64,000 nt of DNA from Fimbriosthenelais zetlandica (Eukaryota), in NCBI GenBank assembly GCA_977030845.1, contig OZ365113.1, positions 11,966,001-12,030,000 of the forward strand, given 5' to 3'. Positions 42,437 through 55,205 of this stretch are shown one piece after another. Every line of letters starts with the position of its first letter. Within the stretch, counting starts at the first letter, position 1. Below the pieces are notes generated by a model that worked only from the letters and a program-made list of their open reading frames with translations, did no database searches and was not told the origin of the DNA. The position numbers and the translations under genes were made by a program.

Positions 42437-45400
42437 CTGCAAGGAGAAATATAAATGATTGTTATAGACTTTGGAATGCTATAGTCATTCAAATGTTTTA
42501 TTCACTGGATTAAAATAACAGTGTAACCCATGGACCACCAAAATCTTTCATATAATAAAGCTTTCAGTGGCTCTCGAAAGTATGAACATTTTAGAATCAG
42601 CAATTATATTTGCTTTCCTCATCATTTGTGGGACATTTTTAAATTGGCAACAGAATTGTCATTTGAGCCTTGACATTTGAATGCGACTGTGCATGTTTGC
42701 TTCAGACATCCAGGTAAGTAACCTGGGACATGTCCTGTCAGCATTCAAAATTGTGCAGCCTTAGAAATGATTCGAGACATCTGAGGAGGAGATGCCAGAA
42801 GCAATAAAATTTCAGACCTTACAGTTGCCAATTTTGATCCAGACGGATATTGAGGCCATAAACATCCTTAAACATGCATTATTCTCTAGACACTCCAGTT
42901 GACTAACGGTAGATCCACAGAAGAGAAATGTCTACCTTAACAGATTGCTCATTAAAACAGAAAAAGGACTCGTGTAGTCCCTTTTATGCATAAAATATGG
43001 TAACACTTTGAGGATCCCTATTATTACACGTACTGTGTGCATTGCAATATGAATACCAAGGTAAAACATGTCGTTAATATTTCAGGATGTAATTCTAATT
43101 AATGACTAGACAATTTCAACGTTGGTAACTCAAGATGCCTCAAAAGATACCTATCTAAAAATGCCCTGTATCGGTATCAATGTCATTAAACTGACTACTC
43201 CTTGCGCGAGTATCTTGAATAATACAAGGGAAAAGTTTGCTGCAGCATTGATTAAGTTTAAGTTGCTGTATTAAGTTGCCTTCCCTTTTAATCTGAGCGT
43301 TTAAGGCCAGATGAAGAGAGGCAGGCTGTCTTTTGACTGGTAATCGCCTACACAGTTGAAAGCAGCAGCCCATTAATTTCACAATCCGGGGCATGGACCA
43401 CTCCTATACACGGTTAGACGCAAAATTAAACTTGTTTGATCAGTTATAAACGTGGTCAGTCCCGAGCAGGCATTCATCCTTCTTCAGAAATGGGGGAATA
43501 CTAAGGTACAAGAATAGAATGCAGCGGAAATCTGTTCGTTCACTGTACATAATTATTTGCTTTGAATAGTTCTCCTGCATATTATGGCCCTAAATAATAC
43601 TGCTGTTATAGACCTTCTGAGAAACCTATTTATGGAACCTGGGAGCTGGGAGTAAAATATTAATCTCAGAATTTCGTAATCATAATATTTATTTAGTCGA
43701 TAATCATTGTATAAAAGACGCAATAATTTGTGTGCATTTTATTATTGATAACTCGGATTATCGAGTGTTTATTTTTGTATTAATGACCAAGTAATTAATT
43801 ATTAACAATATACATATTGAAACAACCACATAGACAGACCAATAAATTACTGTCTAGAAGTCAGAGAGCTGGCGAGCGTTGTGACCACAAACCACACACG
43901 CTAAATGGCAAAGTCCTTATTTGAAAAGGTCGACCCACTGTGTTTTTATTCTTTTTTAAGTCTCTTTGTAAAGCAGAAAATCCTTCAGATGTTAGGTCTG
44001 AACCACTTTTTTCAATAACAAAAGGGTCTTCGGTAATTCATGAGGTCAAGTTGCGAGTAAACAAATTTTATTCTTGTTTTATTAACCACAGGATTGGCCA
44101 TTAATCTTTGTTAATGAAAATTCAAACTGCCGAGTTGATTTGAAAGGTTTATTGTGAGTAAGCTAAACACCAAAGTTTGGGAATTAAGGCAGCTTAGAGC
44201 CTTATTCGGGCCGTCATTAAACACCTAAGGACATAATCAAATAGACACTCGCCCAACCAAATGGAAATCTTATTTGCACCGAACTGTGCCTGCATTCATT
44301 GAAAGTAAGCAACGTGTCACATGGGCAAATACGATAATTGGAACCCAGAAATGCTGTGAAGGCAATGAACAATATATCCACCCAGTGACACCAAACAAAG
44401 CAATGGCCTTGGTTCTCGGTGAAATCAAAAGAGTATCGATCTTAGCCTTCCACTTCAAAGGGATCAATTTGTGTGAATAAAATAAATACTTCCTCAGGAT
44501 GTATTCCTCCTCAGGTAATACCAGCATGTGTCGAGCGCAACAGTGTTTGGACAGTATAATTGAATTTTATTTTCGGACTGAAATGTATATAATCCAATGA
44601 GTGAAAAGGATGCATGCATATTGATCGATAAAGTAGAACTTTCCCGTGAGAATGGATACAGATTGAATGTTTCTCCCTAATTTGTTCAGTGCACAACACG
44701 AATATCTTTTTTCAAAGATCTCCTACGACTAGCATAAACAAATAATGATGCCTGATGTTACAATGTAACAATTCCTTGAAAGTTCCTCACTTATTTCGAC
44801 ATAAAAACAGTGAAACGTCGGGTGAGAATATAATCTTTCAGCTTCCCAGTCCCATTCAGACTGATGTACATAATCAGCTTGTCTGAATAAAACATAGAGG
44901 GGAGACATCCTGACTTTTACTTGTCTTGCTGTTTGCCTCAGAAAATCACTGCCTGTATCAAATGTCCAAGTGAAGAACATCGGTCTTACTGAGTGTCCTT
45001 CAGTTGAATGCGTTGACAGTGTCTAGCTACGCGACGTTGATAACGTTGCAGTATTCATGAACTGGACAAAGAGGCTACATTATCTGGCAAACATCCTATG
45101 ACAATGGCCTCCTGCATAAACAAGGAAAGTACTTTTTGCTAAATATTATAATTTTGAATATAAGTACAAGTTTTGTTCCGTTTTACCTTAGATAATGATC
45201 TTTTTTTTCATGATTTTCATTCGAGGAAAATCTAGAAATACGATGTATCCATCTACATGTATATGATTTACTGCATTTTACATGATTGTTCAAAAGAGAT
45301 CAGGCAACTATTGTTGTATCTGAGTGCAGCAATTGTATCTGAGTGCATGACTACAGGTCCCTATATAACCTACAATTGATAAAAGTGGTATCTATGAGAG

Positions 45401-48400
45401 CCAGAGAAATATTTTATGATGCCAGTCACTGCATCATCTCACAGGTGAATGGATATCAGTGTTTCATCTGGTGGAGCACTTGAACCAAGAGCCCAGAAAT
45501 AAAAAGAGCTGTTTGTACGTTGGATGTGGAGGTAGTTAAAAATGGACAAAGCAGAAAAGATCAAAGGTTGGTGAGATATATTCAGGACATATAGCCCGTA
45601 GCCCAATCATTTATAATATAGATCAGAAAGGAGGACTTTACAATATAGCTGGCTTATATAGACGAGGTAATGAATATAAGTAGTGCTTTGCTCAGCAAAA
45701 TAGATGGTTTAGCCCCATCTTAAACCGGCTCCTGCATGCCCTCTTTCAGTCAACATATTGTGTGTGAATGAGGGATAAGTAACGACTAAACAAAATTGGA
45801 GACAAGGAGTTTTATTGACGTACCAAAAGAGTCTCTTCCTGATGCTTATGTCAGAAATGTGTATGATTTATTATACATTTTATCACACTATATGCTGGAA
45901 GCAGCTCTAATACTAGTGCACCTATTGCTATAACAGCGACAGTTGTCCATTTTCCAATGCCAGTCAATTTCCCTTGGCCATGTTCCAGTCCAGGAAATGT
46001 GAAAAAGGGTAGCAAATTTAGTACCATCATAGCATATATTACTATCATGCCAAGATCAGAGAGATATGATGCAGAGGAAAATTATAAAAAGGGAGTAGGT
46101 CAAAAACATAACAGCATAATATATAGTATCCGTATCATGAAAACTGTGCTCTATATTGAGTATGTGGATTCATGTAATATTATAGATGGCCAATAGATGA
46201 CTCAAGTTCACATACTAACCTTATGTGTCTCTCATGTTAAAAATATAGCCAACAATTATCACTTAGAATGAAACGTTGTGGAGTGATGCATTGAGAGTAA
46301 AATGGATCTCCCTATTAGGGACTAAAAGCATTCAAAATCATCCAAGAGTTGGTTGATTTAACCGAGTTTGGGCTCGGTTGTGAGAGGCCCTGACAAATTT
46401 AAAATGACAAAGGTCTTTGGCCATTCAGTCAGCAGTGTGTTATACATGCAGTCTGCTATTCCAATTAGAGCCTAAAGTAAACGAGTCCTGTGCAAGCTGT
46501 GCCCACTCCTGAGTATTCATTTAGAACCCAATGACAGCTCCCTTGGAGAAAAAAAGGCATGTAGCACTGCTATTGTGGAAAAGCAATCGATTAAGCATTT
46601 GCAGAGGGTGGATATCACATTTTTCCTGCCATTTGCAGGGTGACTTGTCCCGAATTCACCACATTCCAATCCTACTCTGGTGTCTCCTTCTATAGCCTAT
46701 GCTGCCTACCTCAGCTGCGTCAGCCATGCATGTGACAACGTGCGGTATATCGAGCTTTTCACCCCCTTTAATAGAATTTTATAATTTGATATTTTCTCAC
46801 CCGCTAAATGATACCTCTCAGTCCCACACCCATCCATCCATTAGAGCCGGGTATAACGGGAGGAAATGCCTGTCACATTTGAAAAAGTTGCACCTCCCTA
46901 GTCTTGGCTTTCTCATCTTGCAGTCTGCACTTAGACGTCAGCATTCCGACATTCCACACGTCAACAGATGGAGAAAAGCAGATGGATTTGGTTTATAACT
47001 AACCTTTCAACAGTGAGTAGTTGTTGGAAATGAATGCATTTTTGATATGATTCCCATTTAGACCCGCCACTGGAGTCCATATCCGGTTCTTCGATTGCAT
47101 ATGTCATCTTTTTCCCTTCACGGACGAAATATCTCGGTCCCAACCCATCAAGGAATATGATACATTTGTAAGCTAATGGCTGTGACTCTGGAGTCATTAA
47201 AACATCTCATCCATTTTCACTTAATTACTCTCTTGAATATGGAAGCTGAAGGCGTATACATGTATGTTCCTTAAAGGAAACGAGCACTGCACTGGACCCA
47301 GAAATATACCAGGAATACGTAGCTTAATAACTCAGAAAGTAGCATGGCCTTTGTAAATCGATATAAGGACATTGCCTGCAAGTGTCTAGCTTCCTTCCAG
47401 TGAAATCCTATTTTTTCTTTATCACACTTGCACTAACCATATCAGGGGCATCTTCTTTTGTGGGTATAGTAGATTAAATGGCTATGAGAACTGGGTGCCT
47501 GATATACACCCTGTGGTTAAAAGTATGGGAAGCTATATTTGGCCAGACAATTATAGATGAGAGTCTTGTATTAGAATCTGGAACAAAGGCCGGGATCTGC
47601 GAATGCCTGAAGACAAGGAGAAGGTGCTTGCAGGCTAATCGGCATGTAACCCAAGGACCCATCGGTCACACAAGTAATAACACCCGACCAGACTCGGGGG
47701 ACATGTCCTCCCCGTTAAGCCGAATTAACCCACCATTACCCACCCTGCTCCAATTGCCCAGTGGTCTTTTTCCAAGGCTACAGGGTCTAATTATGCCCTG
47801 CCAGGGGCAATGCTCCCCAGGAATAAGGCCTGCATGTTAAGGAAACTCAGCAGTAAGTGGATATCCGTCCAACTGCATCAATGCCACTAACCTACATTAA
47901 GTGCGCCATGATAATAAGACGGGAATTTATAGGTGGGGCAGAGCTTTAGCATAATAAGGAATATTATGATGCTCTGAATGCATTCTTTTTTATTATTAGC
48001 TCATCTGTAAAGCTGATTGATGGACTGAACTAGATTAAAACATCCAGTTTGTAAAGCATGGAGGCGGATAAAGAGGGGCAGAACAGATTACATGGATACA
48101 CTTGCAAGGCACACTCACATATCAAACATATTATTCAATCAAGGCAGACTATTGTCACTGAGGCAGATAAAGCTCGTATAGTGAAGGGCATCTGCCTACA
48201 TCTACCTGTTAATCATCTAGAGCACAAGAGGGTTGTGCAAAAAGCTTAAGTGGAGCACATCCGGTCTGACTTCCTGCCTATAGGCAAGTAATAGTGTGTA
48301 TTCTTTACCAAGGCGGGCCGTGTATTTATGTCTTCCGACTTGTGATCTCTTTTTTTCCATGGAGTAGACTTTCTGAGACTTTTATGCTGGAAATGCTGTA

Positions 48401-50527
48401 AAAGTGATTCATTCTGGCACCAGGCATAATTATATTGATGGATTTCTTGTGAAGAAAGACCACCATCATTTTTAATTGATGGTTTAAAAAAAATGTATGG
48501 CTCTTTAATTTAATCAGGAGAGCAGATTCTTCAGGGTTGCTAAGGGTACCAACTCTATCAAATTCTTTGCAAGGAATTCATGGATTGCCTTTCACGTGAA
48601 CAGAATATCCTGAAGAAGAACGACTGTAACAATGTACATGATGAATGAAATTATGATTAAGATTTGCCATTCGTCTCATCTTACGTCTTTAACTTACACA
48701 GTGCTTAGCAAATGCTCATATTGATTGACATTGATGGGCAACATGGAGAATAGATTTATCCCATTACTTATTCAATTAAGCTCTGGTAAAGTGAGCCAGG
48801 ATCGGTGACGAACACCTGGCGAAGTGGACACAGTGTTTGGTTACATCAGGCTTGCCCTCTGTCCATGTGAGGGTTGCGAGAAGGTGGAGCCAAATCTGGT
48901 TAGTGTGAGATTGTAAAGGATTGTCCAGCTTGGCCAGCCGTTGGCCAGTCACCCAGCAAAATAAATATACACACTTTTTTATGTGTTGGCCTGAAAAGAT
49001 GCCCCAGGGCAGAGTGTGGGCAGTTGGCTGTAGGTGCGTGGGCCTTACAGGGTGGATGGATTGGACTATGGATCGGAGGAGGAAGGAAGAAAGATATATG
49101 GAATTCGCGGCGATGTTGGGCAGTGAACGCCCACTGCATGGTTTTCTTCACATGTCATATATAATGTATATAACTCTCACAGAGAAGCCTGGACATGGGG
49201 CCCCTACAGATGATCGATGCTTCTCATATAACATTTCAGGATAAACCTATTATACTAAATGACCATTTTCGATTGGGGTCTGATTTGCCGACAACAAATT
49301 GTCATCTAAATAGGTAATTGCCTTCGAGCCAATTGCAGCCCAAAATTGCATCCTAAAGCAGTTGGATGGCCTCAATTATCACCCTATTTAGGAACATATT
49401 TTTTGCTAGACTTTCTATTTTATTATAGAATTCACAAGATAAGATGAAGCATATCCATCATATAGAAGCCTTTATGAATATTTTAGCATAAGCTACATGC
49501 AATTTATTTTGGCATGAGATCCCGGCCTTAGCCTGCAGGCTCATCCTTGTATGTACTTTACCTTAATGTTTCTTGGGTAATTCAAAGAACTGATGTCTGG
49601 TAAGGCAGAAATCTATTGTGGAAGGCTCCCTCGAGCTTTCTATGAGGGTAACAGCCATATTCAAGTGAACCTTTCACCTGCTTAAACCTGATTCCACATA
49701 CATCAGGTCGTGAGGCATCTGGCAATCTGCTTAAGCTTATACCTGGATCTGTTGAAAACGGGGTCGAGTGACAAAACGCATCAGCAGCATATCCCCTTTC
49801 TACATTGATGCCAATGAAGGCAAGTGGATGTCACCTCGACCTGAAAGACAACATAGGCTCATACCTGCTCCCCTCCCCTTCTTACTCGGCAATTCTAGTG
49901 CCTTTCATGAGAGAAAGCAAGAGGATGCCAAGGATAATGTCCATCAGACATGCACCTCATGTATGTAACACAATAGAGCCACCTATTACAGGAGAGATAC
50001 TGTTTTCTTATTTATGGTGAAACGCCCATGCACATGGGTTTCTTATAACAAGGGCGTTGGCATGTCAAAGAGAGGACTTGTCTGGGCAACATTAGAATGT
50101 CGTTCGTAGGCATATAGTGCTGCTCCTGCAGAACTTGGTCAAGATGAAGTTTAGGCCTATATAAAAGGCCGATTTACTTCTGAGCTCCTCAGTCTTTGAC
50201 TATCTAATAATATTTTTCATTAGCCTGAAAAGAGTTTCATTCCAAAAAAGAAAATTAAAAGTAGGCCTCAGTCAAAAGGATTTAGTTAAATCGAGGCAAA
50301 AATATCCCCTGACACAGATTTCCGGGTGCATTGATTTGAACTCTGATATCTCGCGGGAAAGGCAGTGATTTATGTCAGAAAGGACAGTTTATGTTCTGGG
50401 GAAAGTTGGCGCCGTTCTGATAGCACTAGAAAGTGGATGCCAGGCACTGAGCCAATGTGGGTGGATGGGGATCTAAAAATGGATATCATATGCTCGAGGG
50501 AGAATTGAGTTGGCAGATTTAACTCAC
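42437..50527 (-). other. Phase-1 GT-AG intron (8091 nt) of the sulfotransferase gene
   Basis: Donor GTGAGT at 50527-50522. Polypyrimidine tract and CAG acceptor ending at 42437. Phases match on both sides. Confidence 0.82.
43825..44090. promoter_or_regulatory. Intronic cluster of four same-strand Runx consensus sites (ACCACA)
   Basis: ACCACA at 43825, 43884, 43891 and 44085, plus a Fox-like gtaaacaaa near 44057, inside the sulfotransferase intron. Confidence 0.35.
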
Positions 50528-50708
50528 CTGAAATATGTCTAAGAATGTATCTAGACCCTTCCTCGTCGTCCTCGTCAGAGGATGTTAAGTGTCCTTTGAC
50601 CCCATCAGACTGAGCGATATTTGAGGAAATGGTCATCATTGCTGCTGTGAGCAGGAGACCTGCGTAAGGACCCCAGCGTCGCAGTTTGCCGGCATTTGCT
50701 CGCGCCAT
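50528..50708 (-). CDS. CHST11-like: Coding exon 1 of the same sulfotransferase: cytoplasmic tail, type II signal-anchor and acidic stem
   Basis: ATG in strong Kozak context (ccgaccATGG) at 50708. It encodes MARANAGKLRRW (basic), GPYAGLLLTAAMMTISSNIA (hydrophobic) and SSDEDDEEG (acidic), and ends at a consensus donor CAG|GTGAGT. The length of 181 nt (phase 1) joins exon 2 in frame (G+AT = Asp), giving 1173 nt = 390 aa plus stop. Confidence 0.85.
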
Positions 50709-53700
50709 GGTCGGCAGGACTGAGTGGGGCAGAAGATTATATTCAGCAAGCATAGAAATAGTCTGTCCTCCTTGTGGCCTCTTCTGGGCAGCTTGTGTGC
50801 TTTCCCAACACGCTCTAACTCCCCATCCTTCTTCTCCCTCTGCTCTCTCCCATTCTCTTTTGCCGTCTGCAACTGCAGCGTGCCAGGCCCGCCCGGTCGG
50901 ATCAGCTGAATGGGACACAAATGGACCAATCAGCAGCCACGTAATAATCAATAGCCGGACGCAGCAGCAGGACCGCACCAACGACTAGTGCACTTTGAGA
51001 GAGCAGTACCGGAGCAACGGTGAAACTAGGAGAGCAACTCAGGAGATATAGGCCTACAGGACATGTGAAGAGGTGCAAGTGTACCCCACTAGGGAAATTC
51101 AAGCGGGGACATGCCCCCAAAAAATCACAACGTGCTCCATGGCGTCTGTCCTTATAGGGGAATAACTCATGAAAGTTTATTCCGTTCTATTGCTAATATT
51201 GCAGCCTAGAACAGATAAAGGCAGTTAAATTAATCTTATAGATTCCATTATTTAATCCTGGATGCCCATTTGATGAGAATGTCAAAAACACAAATTCAAT
51301 GAATCAGCAAGAAATAGGCCTACCGTAACCTGATGATGAACAGGTGATGGCATGTGCACCGATATGTAAGAGAGTAAAATATGGAAATGGAAAATAATGA
51401 TATACATGTAGCCCTACTCTCCCCTCTTTCACGTTTGAGAAATTGTTATACGATCTATCATCATGATGTTCCTTTCAAAGGTAACCTCAATAAATCATAG
51501 ATTTTTGTTACTTTATGAGTGGAATATCAGTACGGTAATTGAAACTTCCGAGCTGTGTGGGAGTCAGCATGCAGTATTTCCCTGTTGCATTCATCAGTTT
51601 TCATCCAGCAAATGCCCATTACATCACATTTTTGCTCCCTCCCATTTAATTGGAGCCCCACAATACAAGCAAGGAAGTTAATAACATTTCATCATTAAAT
51701 GTCTTGCCCATCATTTCGCCCTTTTATTAAAAAAATATTATTGACTTCATGTACAAATGAAAGGGTTGGATATATTTGGTGTGGAGCTATATAATGAATG
51801 ATTGTGGGTAGATCGACCAGCATACATGGTGGCGTTTCAAACCATTAATCACCATTCTTCACAGAGAAATGCATGTGAGGCAGTAATCTAAATCCATAAA
51901 ACATGAGATGTGTAGTCGTGGTAATACATACCAAGTAGATAATTGGAAGGTTTTGAAATTCTCTCTTAATGTCAATACATCACAAAAGATTTGATTGAAC
52001 ACTATACAGGCACAGGCTGGGTTGATGAAAAAGGGCTTTGTCTTTGCTGAAAATTCCACACTGGTGTCTCGTGCTGCTATAGGTACAAGGCAAGTCGGCC
52101 TCTTCATCATTGTCACTTTTGTTGACTGCCATGCTGTGGTTGGTGGAGGGCCTACATAGGGGGCAATTTTCATACGTGGTTGACCTCAGGCCGCAGCGAT
52201 CCTCGTCTGCTTTGATCGTGAAGCCTTCGTGCAGTCGCTGAAAATGCGAAGCTTATCAGACACAGGGATAAATGATGGTCGGTTAAACATTGTCAAGTCT
52301 CATCATCACTGACTCACTGCCTCCCACGTGAGTTTTATCCGCTGGAAACATAAGCCGCAGAGAAAAATACAACCAAAGAAGTATCCACCCTTGCAAATGG
52401 TAATGGAAAAGTGAACACTTAAGGGATTTGTGTACATATACCTTTTTATCTCCCTCTACTTAGAACTGTTGCGCGACGCGACTTATGATTCCAGAAATAC
52501 ATTAATCAGACATGGGGATCAACATTTAATTATCACATTGATCACAATATACCTTCATGCTTATGGAAGCAATTGCTTTAGTACGAGACACACAATCATG
52601 TTAGAGGCAGCTGTTGTTTAAATTTTAATTAAGGTTCCCCATAAAATATATCTGATTCGATCAGCCAATTCCCTTTGCCTCACTGCCTCATGGTTAATTT
52701 GTCATTATTGTTAAGAGTTTAATTGCTATGACTAAAACTATTTTTACCCTGCCAGACCGGTACAAGTCAAGTCATCCAGCTGCAGCAATTGCAACTGACA
52801 TTAGTACATGTTATTTACGATATATAGGTAGTTTACCTAAAAATGTCAGTTTTCAAATGTCAATACCACTCATTCTATGACATGCAGCCCTTCAGACAAT
52901 GTTGTATTTGACATAACAGCAAAGTATCTATATTTTGGACTTACTATATTATATACCAATAATATGGAGTTCTGACGTAATCCATCCCATAATAATCATA
53001 GACTGGCTATGTGTGTCATATCTACCTGGAGAATGGGGCCATTACATTGAATTTCTTCATGAAAATAGATCCAAAGTGGTCGCTAATGTACATTGGATGT
53101 TTCGACAAAAATGCATTAACGCAGAGGGATATACTGGTGTTGTTCCAAGCCTTGGAAACCTTTGGCGTTTCCCACTTGTGAGGAGTCATTTGCAGGGACC
53201 AAGGCCCAATTGAGGTTAAAGATGGTATTTCATACAGTGAGGCCTGGAGGTAAAAACACAAATACCTACTTACTACGTATGGCAATGTATATTTACACTA
53301 CTAGTTATTCAAGACCAACGCTGAACTTTGGAGAGGTTGGAAATTGACCCAATTCTGCCCGGCAGAAAAATACATTCCAAATCTGTCCAGTGTCTATCGA
53401 CCAGCATGATATTATTCCAGATGAAACGTTTTCTGTTATTATCAAATCACACAAATCAGTTGAAGCCTCAGGGGCTTGAACCATTTCTTTCTATGTTGAT
53501 GCCAACTGAATTGGTCCGTTTGCATTACAGCCAACTTTCCTGTAATGCAATATTATCAGATATGGCAATGCCAAAGGTGGATGGCCCGAGGCTTCCTTGC
53601 ACTTTGCCATTGGTGGGCAGGTCAAGGGATGTTCTTCCTTTGATATGCCACAGATTTGCCCCAAAGCTGACAAGGGGAAGACGAATTTATATAAACACGG

Positions 53701-55097
53701 ATAATGTCTGTCTGAATCTATACACCAGTACCCTGACATTGGTAGCAGACTCTGCTTCTTTCAATTTCCATTTACCTTACCCTGGAAAGTTCTGAGGAGG
53801 GCCATGGCTTGCCAAAGCAGCCAGCTGGCGATCAGCCTGTCTTATAGTTCCAGATACAACTTGATTGAGTGGTAAAGGGCATTCGTGTACAACGGGGACA
53901 TTGACTGAAGAGAAAAAGAAGATTTGTCTTTAAATAGTGAACATGCAGGAAAGCGAAAAGAAATGAGATTGCGGTGGGATTCAGCAGTGAGCCTGAGCGG
54001 TTCAACAAATTCTGGGATAATAGTATATTGACCATATAACTATTGACTGGAAGTCACTTTATTTTTCCTGTTTTTTGAGTTTTGTATGACTTTTATTTTC
54101 ACCAATACCATGTTCTCCATGTATTTTCAGGTAGTCAAGTAGCTCTCTTAATGTACATATATATATAATATATAAAATTTACAATAATATGTAAAAACAT
54201 TTCCATTCCCACCAGTATTAACAATTTATGTTCATAAAACCCATCCCCGCAATCACTTTGTATGGAACTGTTGTCTCCCGATAGCTATATTGTCTACACT
54301 ATGAAGATTCAGTCCCATCTTGAAAAAGACCTAACATCCCGTAGAACAGACCCAGTCCCCCTGAAGCGATTCATTTCATATTATCACTCTTTGATAGTCT
54401 ATGACTGAGCTCTTTGGACAAGGATAATTACTTCCTGCATGCTTGGACTATACACCTCATAGAAAACATTTACATTTGCATTTAGCTCCAATTGTGAATA
54501 TCTCACGCCAGTACTGGGAGAAAGAATCCCAGTGAAATACCTAATGTGACAGTGTACCCACTATCCTGATCGGCTTAAAGCCTTAAGACAAGAATGCTGC
54601 AGTGAACTAAAAACGTTACCCAACGATTCTCTCCCCACAATGAAATGGTTTGCAGATTGTCATGAACATTAGATTAGACCTGATCCTTCACAGTACATTG
54701 TATAATCATTTTATTTTTCAGGAATTCAGATCTGAAGTCCAGTTAGGAGAAAAACCTTATGGATAAGCAGGTCAAGAGCCTCCTATTGACAGGTAGTCAA
54801 ACTGTAGCTGCCAACTCCTAAACCTGCATGTCGCCTCTGAAAACATGCCGATGTAGGTTCTCCAGCAGCACTTGTTTTTCTCCTCTTGGAGGAAAACAAG
54901 ATTATAACGAAAAGGCGCTGAGCCCATGCACAGGTAATGTAGGCCTACTCCTTTACATTATATGAACATTCTGCGCTTCACATAACCATATCGGTGAAGA
55001 TTTGGTGTATATTTATATTCGCAATTATACATGATTACACTCTCACTGAAAGGATCCAAAAGTGACCCAGTTGTTTCACAAGTTGACTGCATGAATC

Positions 55098-55205
55098 GTC
55101 TTTGGTCACATTAGATTCTAGTAAGTCTTTGGTCACATTAGATTCTAGTAAGTCTTTGGTCACATTAGATTCTAGTAAGTCTTTGGTCACATTAGATTCT
55201 AGTAA
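55098..55205. repeat. Minisatellite: 4 perfect tandem copies of a 27 bp unit
   Basis: gtctttggtcacattagattctagtaa is repeated at 55098, 55125, 55152 and 55179 with no spacers. Confidence 0.98.

Noticed and set aside
41511-42442. ORFs 41511..41822 (+) and 42194..42442 (-)
   Set aside because: Antisense and alternative-frame shadows of the CHST catalytic exon.
2169-45347. Short direct microduplications (2169/2208, 24422/24439, 35880/35891, 45314/45333)
   Set aside because: 11-15 bp adjacent duplications typical of replication slippage; no TE lies between the copies.
45851-46048. Hydrophobic intronic ORF (KWTTVAVIAIGALVLELL) as an alternative CHST anchor exon
   Set aside because: No convincing splice donor follows the hydrophobic stretch.
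50370-51120. Five other overlapping ORFs around 50.6-51.1 kb, and the 203-aa ORF taken as a whole
   Set aside because: GC-rich first-exon region. Only the ATG-to-donor part (50708-50528) fits the spliced gene; the rest runs into intron or leader.
54746-54760. GEKPY zinc-finger-linker-like peptide
   Set aside because: Flanked by stops, with no C2H2 Cys/His pattern.
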